In this document: positions 35,827 through 46,215 of the stretch, one piece after another
How positions within the stretch are numbered: the first letter of the stretch is position 1
Layout: the number at the start of each line of letters is the position of its first letter
Source of the DNA: Candidatus Pacearchaeota archaeon
GTDB taxonomy: Archaea; Nanobdellota; Nanobdellia; Pacearchaeales; GW2011-AR1
DNA length: 64,000 nt
Assembly (NCBI GenBank): GCA_041654895.1
Contig: JBAZCR010000001.1
Location: 11,057 to 75,056 of the forward strand
Direction of reading: 5' to 3'
Program-made: the position numbers and the translations under genes
The notes under the pieces: model-generated
What the model saw: the letters and a program-made list of their open reading frames with translations, nothing else
Databases searched by the model: none
Told to the model about the DNA's origin: nothing

Positions 35827-38800
35827 ATGATTGATAGTATAAGAAAAAGAGTTAAAGAAAAAAGGCTTATTCTTTTTTTTAGTTTAATTTTAATTTCAAT
35901 GTCTCTTGTTTTAGGTTTTGATAGTTCTTTTAGTTATGACGAAGTTTATAATAATATTCTTAATTCAGGAGATTGTAGTTCTGGGGATAATTTTGATTTT
36001 TTGGTTATGATTCCGCCAAATGGTTGCCAACCAAGTCTTGTTAGAAGTGATTTATTATCGAGCCAAAATACTCCTGTTTTCTGTCAATTAGAAGCAATTA
36101 AATTAAATCCTTTGATTGAATCTGCTAGTATTACTTCTATTTCTTTTCAAGGAGATTATCCTGAGGAAGTTGCAGGAATAAGCTTTCATCCTACTAGAGC
36201 TGCAATAAAAAATTATAATAGTTTAGCAGATAATTCTATTTCTAAAAATATTGGTTATGTTGTTATTTTATTGAAGAAGCAACCAAATGAATCAAAAATG
36301 GAAGATTGGGTCAGTGGTGTTTTAACAGCGAATATTAAATATGACTATCAAAAAACTTATGGTGTTGGTCAATCTGATTTTTATTTAAATTTAAATGATA
36401 ATTCTAATTGGGATAGTGTCTTTAATAAATATAATTTTTGGTCTGGTCGAGGATATTTAAGATTAAAATCAATTGGTTCTGATTCTGCAGAGATAGAGGT
36501 TTTAGAAAATAAAAATAAAGTTTATACTAATGTTATCTTAGAAGAAGGAAATACAAGTAACACTATTTATTTTCCTGGGGATTATTGTAAGGCTGGATTT
36601 AAACTAAAATTAAATGAAATAACTTCTGCAAGAGATGAAGTTTTATTAAACATTAACGGAGATTATGTTTGGGTTAGAGAAGGTTCAAGAATAGCAAATA
36701 ACAATTGTATTATTAAAGAAATCAACCTAAAAAATGATTTAGAAAAAGATGTTAAGATTAGCTGTCCTGGAAATATTTTTACATTGAGTATTAAAATTAA
36801 GGATATTGATACAGAAATTACAGAAGATTCATCTTCAGAGAAAGATTTGGGTGAACATCTGAAAGAAGCCCAGGTAAATTTAATGGATTTATTAAATAGT
36901 TATCCTTATGAAAAAGACGATGCTAATTCTTTTTTTGGAGAAATTGCCTTACGTAAACAAATAGATTTGCCTAAAATAGGAAAACTCAAATCAGAATTAA
37001 TAGATATGTTCTTAAAAAATTATCAAGATTCTGTATATTATGAATCTATACGAAGTTTAAAAAATAATAATTATGATTATTCTTTATCTGAAAACTCTTT
37101 TAAATTAAATAATAATAATTATTTTATTTCTTTTAGGGATTTTATTTCAGTTGATAATTCTGCTAAAAAAGCTACTTTTAGTATTGACGGTGTTTCAACA
37201 GGTTTGGTTAATGAAGGATGGCGTAAGGAATATACAGAGGGTATATTAACCCTAAAAATGATTGAACATAACTTTCTTATCTTTGAATTTCAAGGTTCAA
37301 AAGACAAAATTATAACAATTAAAGTTTTTGAAGGAGAAGAAAAAATAATAAATAATCTAAGAATTAATATTCAGAATATTAATACTATTAGGACAGCTCA
37401 TGTTAGCCTACTACCTGTAATTGAATCTGATTATTCAAAGGCCAATTTTACATTTAAAATAGGTATTGAAAAAAGATTAATTCAAATAAGTCCTGAGATC
37501 GCTCAAGATAGAATAGAATCTTTAAATAAAACAATTGAATCTTTAGATAAATTTATTGAAGGATTTGATAAAACTTTAAGTGTTTGGAAAGGAACTTGTA
37601 TTACAACAAGTGCAATATTTAATGCTAAAGCATTTATTAGTGGTTTTAGTGGAGAAGGTATTGCAAGAAAAGAAGTAATGACTTATTATAAGAACTTTTG
37701 TGATGGTAAAATATCTGAGGGTCTTTTTAGGACAAGAGAAGGATGTTATTTTGAGCATTCTGACGAAATAGAAAAAAATGTTCAATCTTATAAAGAAAGT
37801 TTAGGCAATGTTAATGAGATAATTAAAGAAGTTCAAAAAGGAAAAGGGGTTGTTGAGTCTGGTTCAATTGTAAATAACGCAGAATATACTAGTAAATTAA
37901 AAGAAAAAATAACTAACCCTAAAATTGATAAAAATGAATTGACTACAGTTACTCAGATTAGAAGTGCTTTGTTGTATCAAGATTTATTGAAAGGAGATCC
38001 AAGTTGTGAATCTATTTCATGTCGTCTTGCTAAAGAAGAGTATGGTGGTTCAGGCATTAATCAAAATTTTAATAATGATGAGAGCATTAGTTCAGGAGAT
38101 ATTTGTAGCAATCAATTTTTGAATCCTCAAGTAAGATATTATGATTCTGGTAAGAATAAAGGATTGCCTTCTGTTGTTCCTCTTGATTTAAAAAAAGGGT
38201 GGTATGCTTATATTTCAAATTCAGAGGGTAGTTTGATTGAAACAGAAATTAAGAGTTATGATACTAGTGGCCGAGTTAATTATTTTTATATTTGTAATGT
38301 TGGGGAAAATGGCCAAATGGAATATAGAGGAGGAGACGATTTCTGTCAAGGATTTAGTTCTTATCAATCAAGTTATGACTCAATTATGTTTTGTCCTAAT
38401 ATGGGTGATAAAGATGTTTCAAGATTATACAATAGTGCAAAAGAAGCCATTATTAGTGCTTCAGAACAATATGGAAAAAATAAAGTTTATATCCTAGGAA
38501 ATTATTTTGAAGTGGGTCAAACAATGACTGATAGTGGCATTTTTGAATGTACTGATTTTATGAGTGTTAAAGATTGTCAAACAATGTTTAATATTTGCGA
38601 TCCTGTTTTATGTCCTTCTAGTAGGTGTGATGCTGGTGGGAGATATCCTGTGAGTAATGTTCCTCAACAAGGAATTATTGGTAGTTTAATATTATGTTGG
38701 CCTAATAAAGATGAGGGTATTAAAATTCCTATTTGTTTAACAGGGATTAATGCAGGTTTACAGAATTTAAATTCTATTTTAAAACAAACAAGACAGTGTT

Positions 38801-40650
38801 TACAAACTAATATTGATACTGGAGAATATGTTGGTGTGTGTGATGCTATAACAAGTGTTTATTTTTGTAACATGTTTTGGGAACAAAGTTCTTTAATGAT
38901 TAATGCTCTTAGTTCTCCTTCAAATAGAGTAACTGGCGGAGTTCAGGGAGGAGGAGAATATTTATTTGCTCAGCAAAATTTCCAAAACATGGAATCAGCT
39001 TTATCTAATTATATTTCAAACTATGGTGATGAAATTTTAAAGGCTTATAAATTTGAGAATTTTGAGAGCATTGGAACAGAGTTTTGCAGAAATTTTATTG
39101 GTGTAGATTTACCGACTAAACTTAAGAATGGTTTAGGTATTTTGTCTGAACCTGAAAGTCCTGCACAATTTAATGCTTACTTTAGTGAATCTTTATATGA
39201 AGACATTAGTGTTCCTTCAAGATCTCAATATAAAGTAACTTATCAAATTTATGCTGGTAGAAATGAGGGTTTAAGCTATAAAGTTTATTTGAAAAATCCT
39301 CCTGCTAATTATGTTAATGTTAATCCTACTTACGAGGTTGCTAGCGGATACTTAGAGGCAGATGATGGAAAAATAGATACGTTAACATTTGTTGCAGTAT
39401 CTGGATATAGTACTTTATGTGTAAACTTAAATGGCGTTGAGAATTGTGGTTTTGGTTCTGTAACTAGTAATTTAATGGGAGAATATATAAAAGAAAAATA
39501 TGTAGAAACAGAGGTTCGTAAAAATAAAATAACTACAGAAAAGGATTGTATTTCAAGTAGTCCTTCTATTTTTAATATTAATGGTAAAAATATAGAATTA
39601 TTAGGAATAACTAGAATTTGTGCTAGTTCTGATCCAAATAGCAAAGAAGATATTAACTCTGAAAATCAATGGATTGAAGTTGGTTATTGTGGTAATGAAA
39701 ACATTAAATGTTGGTTGGATGTTGAGAGTATTCAAGAAGATTTTAATGCGATAAGTACAATATCTGGTAAAAGTATTTTAGATAATTTAATTTATGGTGA
39801 TACTTATGAATCAATACTTCAATCATATAAAGATGTTAGAGAAAAAATTTTAGAATTAAAAAGGGATATAAATATAGCAGAAGATTTATCTAAAGAAAAA
39901 GATTCTTTAATTGAGAAGTTAGATAAGATTATAGGTGTTTCAGGAGAAGATCTTGGTGAAGGCACGAATAGAGATAAAGCTGAAGCACTTTATCTAAAAG
40001 TTATACTTTATCAAAAGCTTTATCAAAATTCTAATAAACCAAATGATATTAGTAAAGTAATTTCAGATAAAGAAGAAACAAAGGAATCAGAGGGAGAAAC
40101 TCCTATTGAAGAATTAACCAAAGTTAGTGTTTGGACATTATCATCTGAAAATGAGATTTGTTTAGATGGTGAACCTCTAGGATATTATTTAGATCCTATT
40201 AACCTTAACGAGAATAAATATAGAATTTTAAATTCTAAAGATGATGATGGATGGCAAATAGGATTAATCACCAAAGACAATATTAGTATTTATTCAAATA
40301 TTTATTCTGGTTCTATAGTAAATTTAGAGAATTATATTTTTGATGGTAAGAAATTTATATTAAAAGAAGGTTGGGCATTATCGCCTAAAAATGAGATTTG
40401 TTTAGATGGTGAACCTCTAGGATATTATTTAGATCCTATTAACCTTAACGAGAATAAATATAGAATTTTAAATTCTAAAGATGATGATGGATGGCAAATA
40501 GGATTAATCATCAATGATAGAATTAGTATTTATTCTGATTCTATAGTAAATTTAGAGAATTATATTTTTGATGGTAAAAAATTTATATTAAAAGAGAGTA
40601 ATACTCAAGAAATAAGAAATTCAGAGATGTTCAGCCTGGAGGAAAGATAA
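35827..40650 (+). CDS. Giant (1607 aa) secreted Cys-rich surface protein
   Basis: N-terminal hydrophobic signal; dense Cys region (CTDFMSVKDCQTMFNICDPVLCPSSRC); C-terminal duplicated module. Confidence 0.75.
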   Translation: MIDSIRKRVKEKRLILFFSLILISMSLVLGFDSSFSYDEVYNNILNSGDCSSGDNFDFLVMIPPNGCQPSLVRSDLLSSQNTPVFCQLEAIKLNPLIESASITSISFQGDYPEEVAGISFHPTRAAIKNYNSLADNSISKNIGYVVILLKKQPNESKMEDWVSGVLTANIKYDYQKTYGVGQSDFYLNLNDNSNWDSVFNKYNFWSGRGYLRLKSIGSDSAEIEVLENKNKVYTNVILEEGNTSNTIYFPGDYCKAGFKLKLNEITSARDEVLLNINGDYVWVREGSRIANNNCIIKEINLKNDLEKDVKISCPGNIFTLSIKIKDIDTEITEDSSSEKDLGEHLKEAQVNLMDLLNSYPYEKDDANSFFGEIALRKQIDLPKIGKLKSELIDMFLKNYQDSVYYESIRSLKNNNYDYSLSENSFKLNNNNYFISFRDFISVDNSAKKATFSIDGVSTGLVNEGWRKEYTEGILTLKMIEHNFLIFEFQGSKDKIITIKVFEGEEKIINNLRINIQNINTIRTAHVSLLPVIESDYSKANFTFKIGIEKRLIQISPEIAQDRIESLNKTIESLDKFIEGFDKTLSVWKGTCITTSAIFNAKAFISGFSGEGIARKEVMTYYKNFCDGKISEGLFRTREGCYFEHSDEIEKNVQSYKESLGNVNEIIKEVQKGKGVVESGSIVNNAEYTSKLKEKITNPKIDKNELTTVTQIRSALLYQDLLKGDPSCESISCRLAKEEYGGSGINQNFNNDESISSGDICSNQFLNPQVRYYDSGKNKGLPSVVPLDLKKGWYAYISNSEGSLIETEIKSYDTSGRVNYFYICNVGENGQMEYRGGDDFCQGFSSYQSSYDSIMFCPNMGDKDVSRLYNSAKEAIISASEQYGKNKVYILGNYFEVGQTMTDSGIFECTDFMSVKDCQTMFNICDPVLCPSSRCDAGGRYPVSNVPQQGIIGSLILCWPNKDEGIKIPICLTGINAGLQNLNSILKQTRQCLQTNIDTGEYVGVCDAITSVYFCNMFWEQSSLMINALSSPSNRVTGGVQGGGEYLFAQQNFQNMESALSNYISNYGDEILKAYKFENFESIGTEFCRNFIGVDLPTKLKNGLGILSEPESPAQFNAYFSESLYEDISVPSRSQYKVTYQIYAGRNEGLSYKVYLKNPPANYVNVNPTYEVASGYLEADDGKIDTLTFVAVSGYSTLCVNLNGVENCGFGSVTSNLMGEYIKEKYVETEVRKNKITTEKDCISSSPSIFNINGKNIELLGITRICASSDPNSKEDINSENQWIEVGYCGNENIKCWLDVESIQEDFNAISTISGKSILDNLIYGDTYESILQSYKDVREKILELKRDINIAEDLSKEKDSLIEKLDKIIGVSGEDLGEGTNRDKAEALYLKVILYQKLYQNSNKPNDISKVISDKEETKESEGETPIEELTKVSVWTLSSENEICLDGEPLGYYLDPINLNENKYRILNSKDDDGWQIGLITKDNISIYSNIYSGSIVNLENYIFDGKKFILKEGWALSPKNEICLDGEPLGYYLDPINLNENKYRILNSKDDDGWQIGLIINDRISIYSDSIVNLENYIFDGKKFILKESNTQEIRNSEMFSLEER
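40131..40595 (+). repeat. Tandem ~240-bp duplication at the C-terminus of the giant protein
   Basis: 40148-40270 identical to 40388-40510 (offset 240); the rest is near-identical with a 12-bp indel. Confidence 0.92.
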
Positions 40651-40767
40651 AATAGAATATATAGGAGAAAACTCTTATCATCTTCAAATTAAAGAAGGTG
40701 AAGTAGTAAAACATGAAACCCTAACAAATGAACAGGTTGGTGATTTAATCAATAGAAAATTAAAATA

Positions 40768-41721
40768 TTAGTTTTTATCTTTTATTTTAGCCAATTTTTT
40801 CTTTTTTCTTGCTTCATTTTCTTTTATTTTTATTTTCTCTTCAAGTTCTAACTTTGTTAATAATTCTTTATATCGATTTCTTATTGTTACTTCTGTTATT
40901 CCCGCAATATCTGCTACTTCTCTTTGTGTTCTTTTCTCATCGTTTAATAGTGCGGCTACATAAAGCGCAGCTGCTGCAATTCCTGCAGGGCCTCTACCTG
41001 AAGATAATTCTGCAATTTCTTCTCTACTTAATATTTTTAGTGCCTCATTTTGAGATTTTGGAGATAAGTGTAATGTAGAGCCAAATCTTGAGATGTAATC
41101 TTTTGGAGAAGATGGGATTAACTTTAAGCCAATTTTTCTTATAATAAATCTATATGTTCTGCCAATTTCCTTTCGTTCTACTTCGCTCGCATGTGAAATT
41201 TCATCTAAAGTCCTAGGAATATTATAAGACCTACAAGCAGCATAAACACAAGATGCGATAACTGATTCCATTGATCTTCCCCTAACTAGTCCTCGCTGTA
41301 ATACGTAATTATAAATTCTTGCAGCCTCGTCTTTTACAACATTAGGCAAATCTAAGTATGATGCTACTCTTCTTAATTCAGACATTGCAAGCCTTAGATT
41401 TCTTTCGATAGAAGTTGAAACTCTTTCTTGCCACTTTTTTAATCTTAAATATTTTCTTGTTTGTTGGGATGAATCTAACCTATAGATATCAGATATTTCT
41501 CCTATATTTGTTGTTAATCCTCTATCAAATTTTTGCATAGAAATTGGAGCTCCTCCTCGAGATTTTTTTTCGGTTTTATCAAAAGCTCTCATTTCTTGGC
41601 CTGTATCAACCATTCCTTCTTCAATTAAAAGGCCACAATCACCACAAATTAGTTCACCTTTATTATCATCATAAATTAGATGTGTACTATTACATTCAGG
41701 ACATCTTTTAGGAGAGTTCAT
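40768..41721 (-). CDS. tfb: Transcription initiation factor IIB (TFB)
   Basis: CPEC...CGDCG Zn ribbon, 'ERNL..AMSEL', 'RGRS', 'TQREVADIAGITEVTIRNRYKEL'. Confidence 0.97.
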   Translation of the reverse strand: MNSPKRCPECNSTHLIYDDNKGELICGDCGLLIEEGMVDTGQEMRAFDKTEKKSRGGAPISMQKFDRGLTTNIGEISDIYRLDSSQQTRKYLRLKKWQERVSTSIERNLRLAMSELRRVASYLDLPNVVKDEAARIYNYVLQRGLVRGRSMESVIASCVYAACRSYNIPRTLDEISHASEVERKEIGRTYRFIIRKIGLKLIPSSPKDYISRFGSTLHLSPKSQNEALKILSREEIAELSSGRGPAGIAAAALYVAALLNDEKRTQREVADIAGITEVTIRNRYKELLTKLELEEKIKIKENEARKKKKLAKIKDKN

Positions 41722-41841
41722 AGTAAAACTTAAAAAGGGTTTTAGTTTAAAAAGCTTTTGTTCAGACTAATTTCTCCTAGTTCATTTGTTATTGTAAAGT
41801 TTATTAAACTATCTTGTTTTTATTTTAAAGAGGTTGATTAA

Positions 41842-44034
41842 ATGAATTATAGTGTTGACGATAAGGCCGAAGACATACTTAAAAAATATAGTGCCAAAAT
41901 TGAAAAACAAATGAATCAAACGAACAGAGATTCCTTTAATTCATCAAAATTTTCTAAAAGTTATGAACAATTTAGAAAAGCAATGACTCCTGAATTTAGT
42001 CGATATGAGGGGTGGTGTAAAACTGTTGGTAATTTTATAAAAGTTAAAGCTAGTGAAAAAGATAGGATAAATATAGAAAAGAATATTAATATTTCTCATT
42101 TAAATGTTACCTCTTCGGAAGTTATGGGGTTAGCTGTTTTTATTATGCTTTCTTCTCTATTTGGTGGTTTTTTAATTTTATTAAGTGTTTATTTTATAAC
42201 TAATAAATTCAATCTTCTTTTTTTATTTTTAATTTTTATTCTAAGTTTATTTTTACTTACTTTTTATTCAAAAGCTCCTGAGAGACTTGCGATGAAGTGG
42301 AGATTAAAAGCTGGTAGTCAAATGGTTCCTGCGGTTTTGTATGTTGTCATTTACATGAAGCATACTAGTAACTTAGAAAAAGCAGTTGCTTTTGCTGCAG
42401 AAAATTTAGAAGATCCTCTATCAACTGATTTTAGGAAAGTTTTTTGGGATGTTGAAGTAGGTAAATTCTCTACGATAAAAGACAGTTTAGACAATTATTT
42501 AGAGAATTGGAGAGATTATTCTTTAGAGTTTATTGAGGCATTTCATTTAATTGAATCTAGTTTATATGAGTCTAACGAAGGAAGAAGAGTAGAAATTTTA
42601 GAGAGAAGTCTTCAGGTTATATTAGATGGTGTTTATGATAAAATGTTGAAATATACTCATGAAGTTAAGAGCCCTTTAACAAATGTTTATATGTTGGGAA
42701 TTGTTTTACCAACTCTTGCTTTAGCAATTTTACCTCTTGCTTCTACAATGGTCGGGGATCTTTTTCAAACATATCATTTAGTTTTGATGTTTAACATAAT
42801 TATTCCTTTGCTTGTTATTTATTTGACTTATAATGTAATGATGCAAAGGCCAGGGGGTCATGGTAATAGTGATTTATTAAAAAAGAATCCATTATATCCT
42901 AATTATGCTGATAAAAAGCATATAATTAAGGGTTTTATTTATTCAATCCCTTTCTTTTTAATTGGGTTATTTCCTTTAATTTGGATGTACTTTCCAATAC
43001 ATAAATTTTTAGGAATGCCAATTGATTTGACTTTTGGAGATTTAGGTTTTAATTTTATGAAGAATACTTTTTTATTGGGGATTATGGAGTCTGGTGTTAA
43101 ACCTGGTTCTTATATTGGTCCTTTTGGCCCACTGTCGGTAATTATGGGAATATTTCTTCCATTAGGTATTGCTAATGTGTTTATTTATTCTTCTAAAAAA
43201 AGAACTGCTGAATTGGTTAAAGAAAAGAAAAAATATAATGAGGTTGAGAGTGAATTTACTTCTTCTTTATTTCAATTAGGAAATAGAATTGGAGATGGTT
43301 CTCCTGCTGAAATTGCTTTTGGGAAGGTTTCTGAGTCTAGTAGGGGAACGGCTACTGAAGGTTTTTTTAGGATTGTTAATGAAAATATTAATAGGTTTGG
43401 AATGAATTTAGATAGGGCTTTATTTGATTCTAAAAGAGGTGCTGTTATTTTTTATCCATCTCATTTAGTAATCACATCTATGAGGATATTAGTTGAATCT
43501 GTTAAAAAAGGTTTAAAAGTCGCTGCACGAAGTTTAATGAGTATTTCTGAGTATGTGAAAAATATTAGAAAGGTTGATGCAAGATTAAATGATTTATTGG
43601 CAGATATTATTAGTGATATGAAGAGTAACATGACTTTTTTAGCTCCTTTATTAAGTGGAATAATTGTAGGATTAAGTGGAATGATTACATTGATTTTAGG
43701 AAATCTGAAAAATTTGATGGGTTCTTTAGGTTCGGGAAATGAATTAACAAGTAGTTTTGGAAACCTTTCTGATATAATGAGTATGTTTCAATTAGAGACT
43801 ATGATTCCTACTTATTGGATTCAGGTCGTTGTAGGAATTTATTTAATCCAGGTAGTTTTTATATTGACCTCAACACTAGTTACTATAAAAGCAGGTAAAG
43901 ATGATTTAATGCAAACTGTTGAAATAGGAACTAATCTTAAAAAAACAATTCTTCTTTATATTCTTGTTTCAATTATTTCTACTGTTGCTTTAACATTAGT
44001 TGGTGGAATTGCATTAATTGGCTTAGGCGTTTAG
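41842..44034 (+). CDS. Type II/IV secretion membrane platform protein (FlaJ/TadC-like, two-domain)
   Basis: Two cytoplasmic GspF-like helical domains, each followed by TM helices; near pilins and ATPase. Confidence 0.72.
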   Translation: MNYSVDDKAEDILKKYSAKIEKQMNQTNRDSFNSSKFSKSYEQFRKAMTPEFSRYEGWCKTVGNFIKVKASEKDRINIEKNINISHLNVTSSEVMGLAVFIMLSSLFGGFLILLSVYFITNKFNLLFLFLIFILSLFLLTFYSKAPERLAMKWRLKAGSQMVPAVLYVVIYMKHTSNLEKAVAFAAENLEDPLSTDFRKVFWDVEVGKFSTIKDSLDNYLENWRDYSLEFIEAFHLIESSLYESNEGRRVEILERSLQVILDGVYDKMLKYTHEVKSPLTNVYMLGIVLPTLALAILPLASTMVGDLFQTYHLVLMFNIIIPLLVIYLTYNVMMQRPGGHGNSDLLKKNPLYPNYADKKHIIKGFIYSIPFFLIGLFPLIWMYFPIHKFLGMPIDLTFGDLGFNFMKNTFLLGIMESGVKPGSYIGPFGPLSVIMGIFLPLGIANVFIYSSKKRTAELVKEKKKYNEVESEFTSSLFQLGNRIGDGSPAEIAFGKVSESSRGTATEGFFRIVNENINRFGMNLDRALFDSKRGAVIFYPSHLVITSMRILVESVKKGLKVAARSLMSISEYVKNIRKVDARLNDLLADIISDMKSNMTFLAPLLSGIIVGLSGMITLILGNLKNLMGSLGSGNELTSSFGNLSDIMSMFQLETMIPTYWIQVVVGIYLIQVVFILTSTLVTIKAGKDDLMQTVEIGTNLKKTILLYILVSIISTVALTLVGGIALIGLGV

Positions 44035-44654
44035 AATGTTAGAGTAATCATGAAAAAAAGAATTGTTAAGACTGTTGTAAATGTCCATAATTTTTTACTT
44101 CCAAAAAAGAGTTTACTTCCATCTAAATTTGATAAAGGTAATAAAGACCATAATGCAAAATAAATACTAATTTTACTCAATAAAAAAAAATTAAAAAAAT
44201 AACTAATAAGACAAATTAAAATTAAAGAGATTATTGAAATGCAAGTGATTTGTGCTTTTTCCCATTCTGTAACTTCTGAATATCTATGCATCCCTTTATA
44301 CTTTGTAACTCTTTCAATTGTCTTTTCTTCTTTTGTAATTAATATTGGCATCCATAATATTGTTCCCTTTGAGACGAAAGATAACATTAAAGGTAACCAA
44401 GCCATTGTTAAAGGTTTTTTTAGATGTCCTTTTTCCAATAAAGATGTTTGATAGATAGACCAAAATTGAAAATTTAATTTAATATTTAAATAATTTGCAA
44501 AGATTTTTTTAGAGATTATACTTATAGATAAAACAATTGTAAAAATAAAAAGGATATTAAAGAAATTTGTATTATCTTTGAATGTATAAGATATTGATAA
44601 AATAATTATCGCTACTAAAATACTCAAAAGTTCATTAATCTTTTCTTGGTCCAT
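44031..44654 (-). CDS. Membrane protein, M50 (site-2 protease)-like, apparently inactive
   Basis: 'LLPLSNLDGSK' resembles NLLPxxPLDG; no HExxH. Confidence 0.55.
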   Translation of the reverse strand: MDQEKINELLSILVAIIILSISYTFKDNTNFFNILFIFTIVLSISIISKKIFANYLNIKLNFQFWSIYQTSLLEKGHLKKPLTMAWLPLMLSFVSKGTILWMPILITKEEKTIERVTKYKGMHRYSEVTEWEKAQITCISIISLILICLISYFFNFFLLSKISIYFALWSLLPLSNLDGSKLFFGSKKLWTFTTVLTILFFMITLTF

Positions 44655-45313
44655 TATTTCTTCTTAGTAGAACTACTTTTTCTTTCATTTGTTTTTTGTA
44701 ATTCTCTATAATTATCTATTAATGGGTTCATTAATTTTGAAGTTGTATCATGTAAAGATTCTAAATCCTTCTTAATTATTTGAGTATTTTCTCCAAACTC
44801 CCCAATCTTTTGAATAATTGCTTGTTGTAATTTATCTATTGTTGATTCAATTCTTTTTAATCTTGTATTGATGTCGTCTACTTTGTCTTGTATAGTATTT
44901 TTGAAGCTGACAATATCACCTGTTTTTTTATTATATTCTCTAAATTTTTCAGATATCACTTGTTCGGTAATTTCAGTTATGGTTTCTGTATCAAAAGAAG
45001 GTTGTTGATAATATTCTTCTCCTGAATATGCTTGAGGTGTTTGAGTATAATAATTTTCTTGAGGGTAATTTTCTTGTTGGGGATCATTATATTGTTGATT
45101 CTGGTTAAAATCCTGAGGCTGATTAAAATTTTGGGGTTGGTTAAAAGGGTCTTGTTGATTTTGTGTATCCATTGGTTGAGTTGTTATTTTTATTTGATTT
45201 ATCGCGTCATTTATTTGTGTTGGGTTATATCCTTGTCTTTGAAGATTTTCAAAGATTCCTTGATTGGAAATTCCTTGACTTTGCATCTCTGCTATTATAT
45301 CTAATAATTCCAT
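44654..45313 (-). CDS. Q/N/P-rich + coiled-coil hypothetical protein
   Basis: FNQPQ repeats, C-terminal heptads. Confidence 0.65.
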   Translation of the reverse strand: MELLDIIAEMQSQGISNQGIFENLQRQGYNPTQINDAINQIKITTQPMDTQNQQDPFNQPQNFNQPQDFNQNQQYNDPQQENYPQENYYTQTPQAYSGEEYYQQPSFDTETITEITEQVISEKFREYNKKTGDIVSFKNTIQDKVDDINTRLKRIESTIDKLQQAIIQKIGEFGENTQIIKKDLESLHDTTSKLMNPLIDNYRELQKTNERKSSSTKKK

Positions 45314-45317
45314 TTTA

Positions 45318-45710
45318 CTATTTATTTCTTTTGGTTAAGTTGTTTTTTGTTTCAAGGAATTTTTTATTAATTATTTCTTCTAAGTCTTTCATCCTAACAA
45401 ATTCTAGGGGTTGAAAATCTTTTAACATTCTTTCTACTTTATTCATTTCCTCTTTTTTTATATATTTTCCAGTTTCATTAATTAAAGCATTAGTTAAGGA
45501 TTTTAATCTTTCAATGTCTCTTTCCATTTGCGTTGTTTTTTGCTTTAGAATTTTTATTTCTTCTTTTATTTCTTCTTTGAAATCAATTAGATTTTTACTG
45601 ACTATATGAGTTCGTTCTTTTATTATTCTATTTCTTTCTTCTAAATCCCTAATTCTTATACTAACATCATTTGAATAAGGTTGTGTTTGAGGATTATTAT
45701 CACCAGCCAT
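45318..45710 (-). CDS. Coiled-coil hypothetical protein
   Basis: 'RIRDLEER' heptad pattern; co-oriented operon. Confidence 0.65.
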   Translation of the reverse strand: MAGDNNPQTQPYSNDVSIRIRDLEERNRIIKERTHIVSKNLIDFKEEIKEEIKILKQKTTQMERDIERLKSLTNALINETGKYIKKEEMNKVERMLKDFQPLEFVRMKDLEEIINKKFLETKNNLTKRNK

Positions 45711-45801
45711 GTTTTAAATAAAGTTTTTTGATTTATATATTTGTGGTTATTTAAAAATTAATTACCCAAAACCTTTTAAACAAACATTATGTAAAAATTC
45801 T

Positions 45802-46170
45802 ATGAAGGCAGGAAGAAAATTAACAGGTGGAAGGTATAAGAAAGTTAAAAAGAAAAAAAAGACAGATATGCCTGGTCAAAATAGAGTTGTTAAAATCGGA
45901 GAAAGAAAAGTGAAATTCCTTCGAGGGAGAGGAGGAAATAAGAAAACAATCTCTTTTAAGGGTAATGTTGCGAATGTAAATATTAATGGTAAATCTAAAA
46001 ATGTTAAAATTTTAAAGGTTATTGAAACTCCTTCAAATATTTTTCTTGCTAGACAAAATGTTTTAGTTAAGGGTGCTATTATTGATACAGAAATTGGTAA
46101 GGCGAAAATTACAAATAGGCCTTCTAAAGAAGGGCAAATTCAGGCAATTTTGATAGAAAAAAAAGATTAA
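45802..46170 (+). CDS. rps8e: 30S ribosomal protein S8e
   Basis: 'RKLTGGR', 'RGRGGN', 'KGAIIDTEIGKAKITNRP'. Confidence 0.96.
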   Translation: MKAGRKLTGGRYKKVKKKKKTDMPGQNRVVKIGERKVKFLRGRGGNKKTISFKGNVANVNINGKSKNVKILKVIETPSNIFLARQNVLVKGAIIDTEIGKAKITNRPSKEGQIQAILIEKKD

Positions 46171-46215
46171 TTTATACAAATATTTTAATAGTTTTGTTTC
46201 TGTTTTATATTTAAT

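Noticed and set aside
45040..45170. FNQPQ-encoding repeats as a DNA-level element
   Set aside because: Imperfect, in a single frame and with no non-coding copies; consistent with a protein low-complexity linker.
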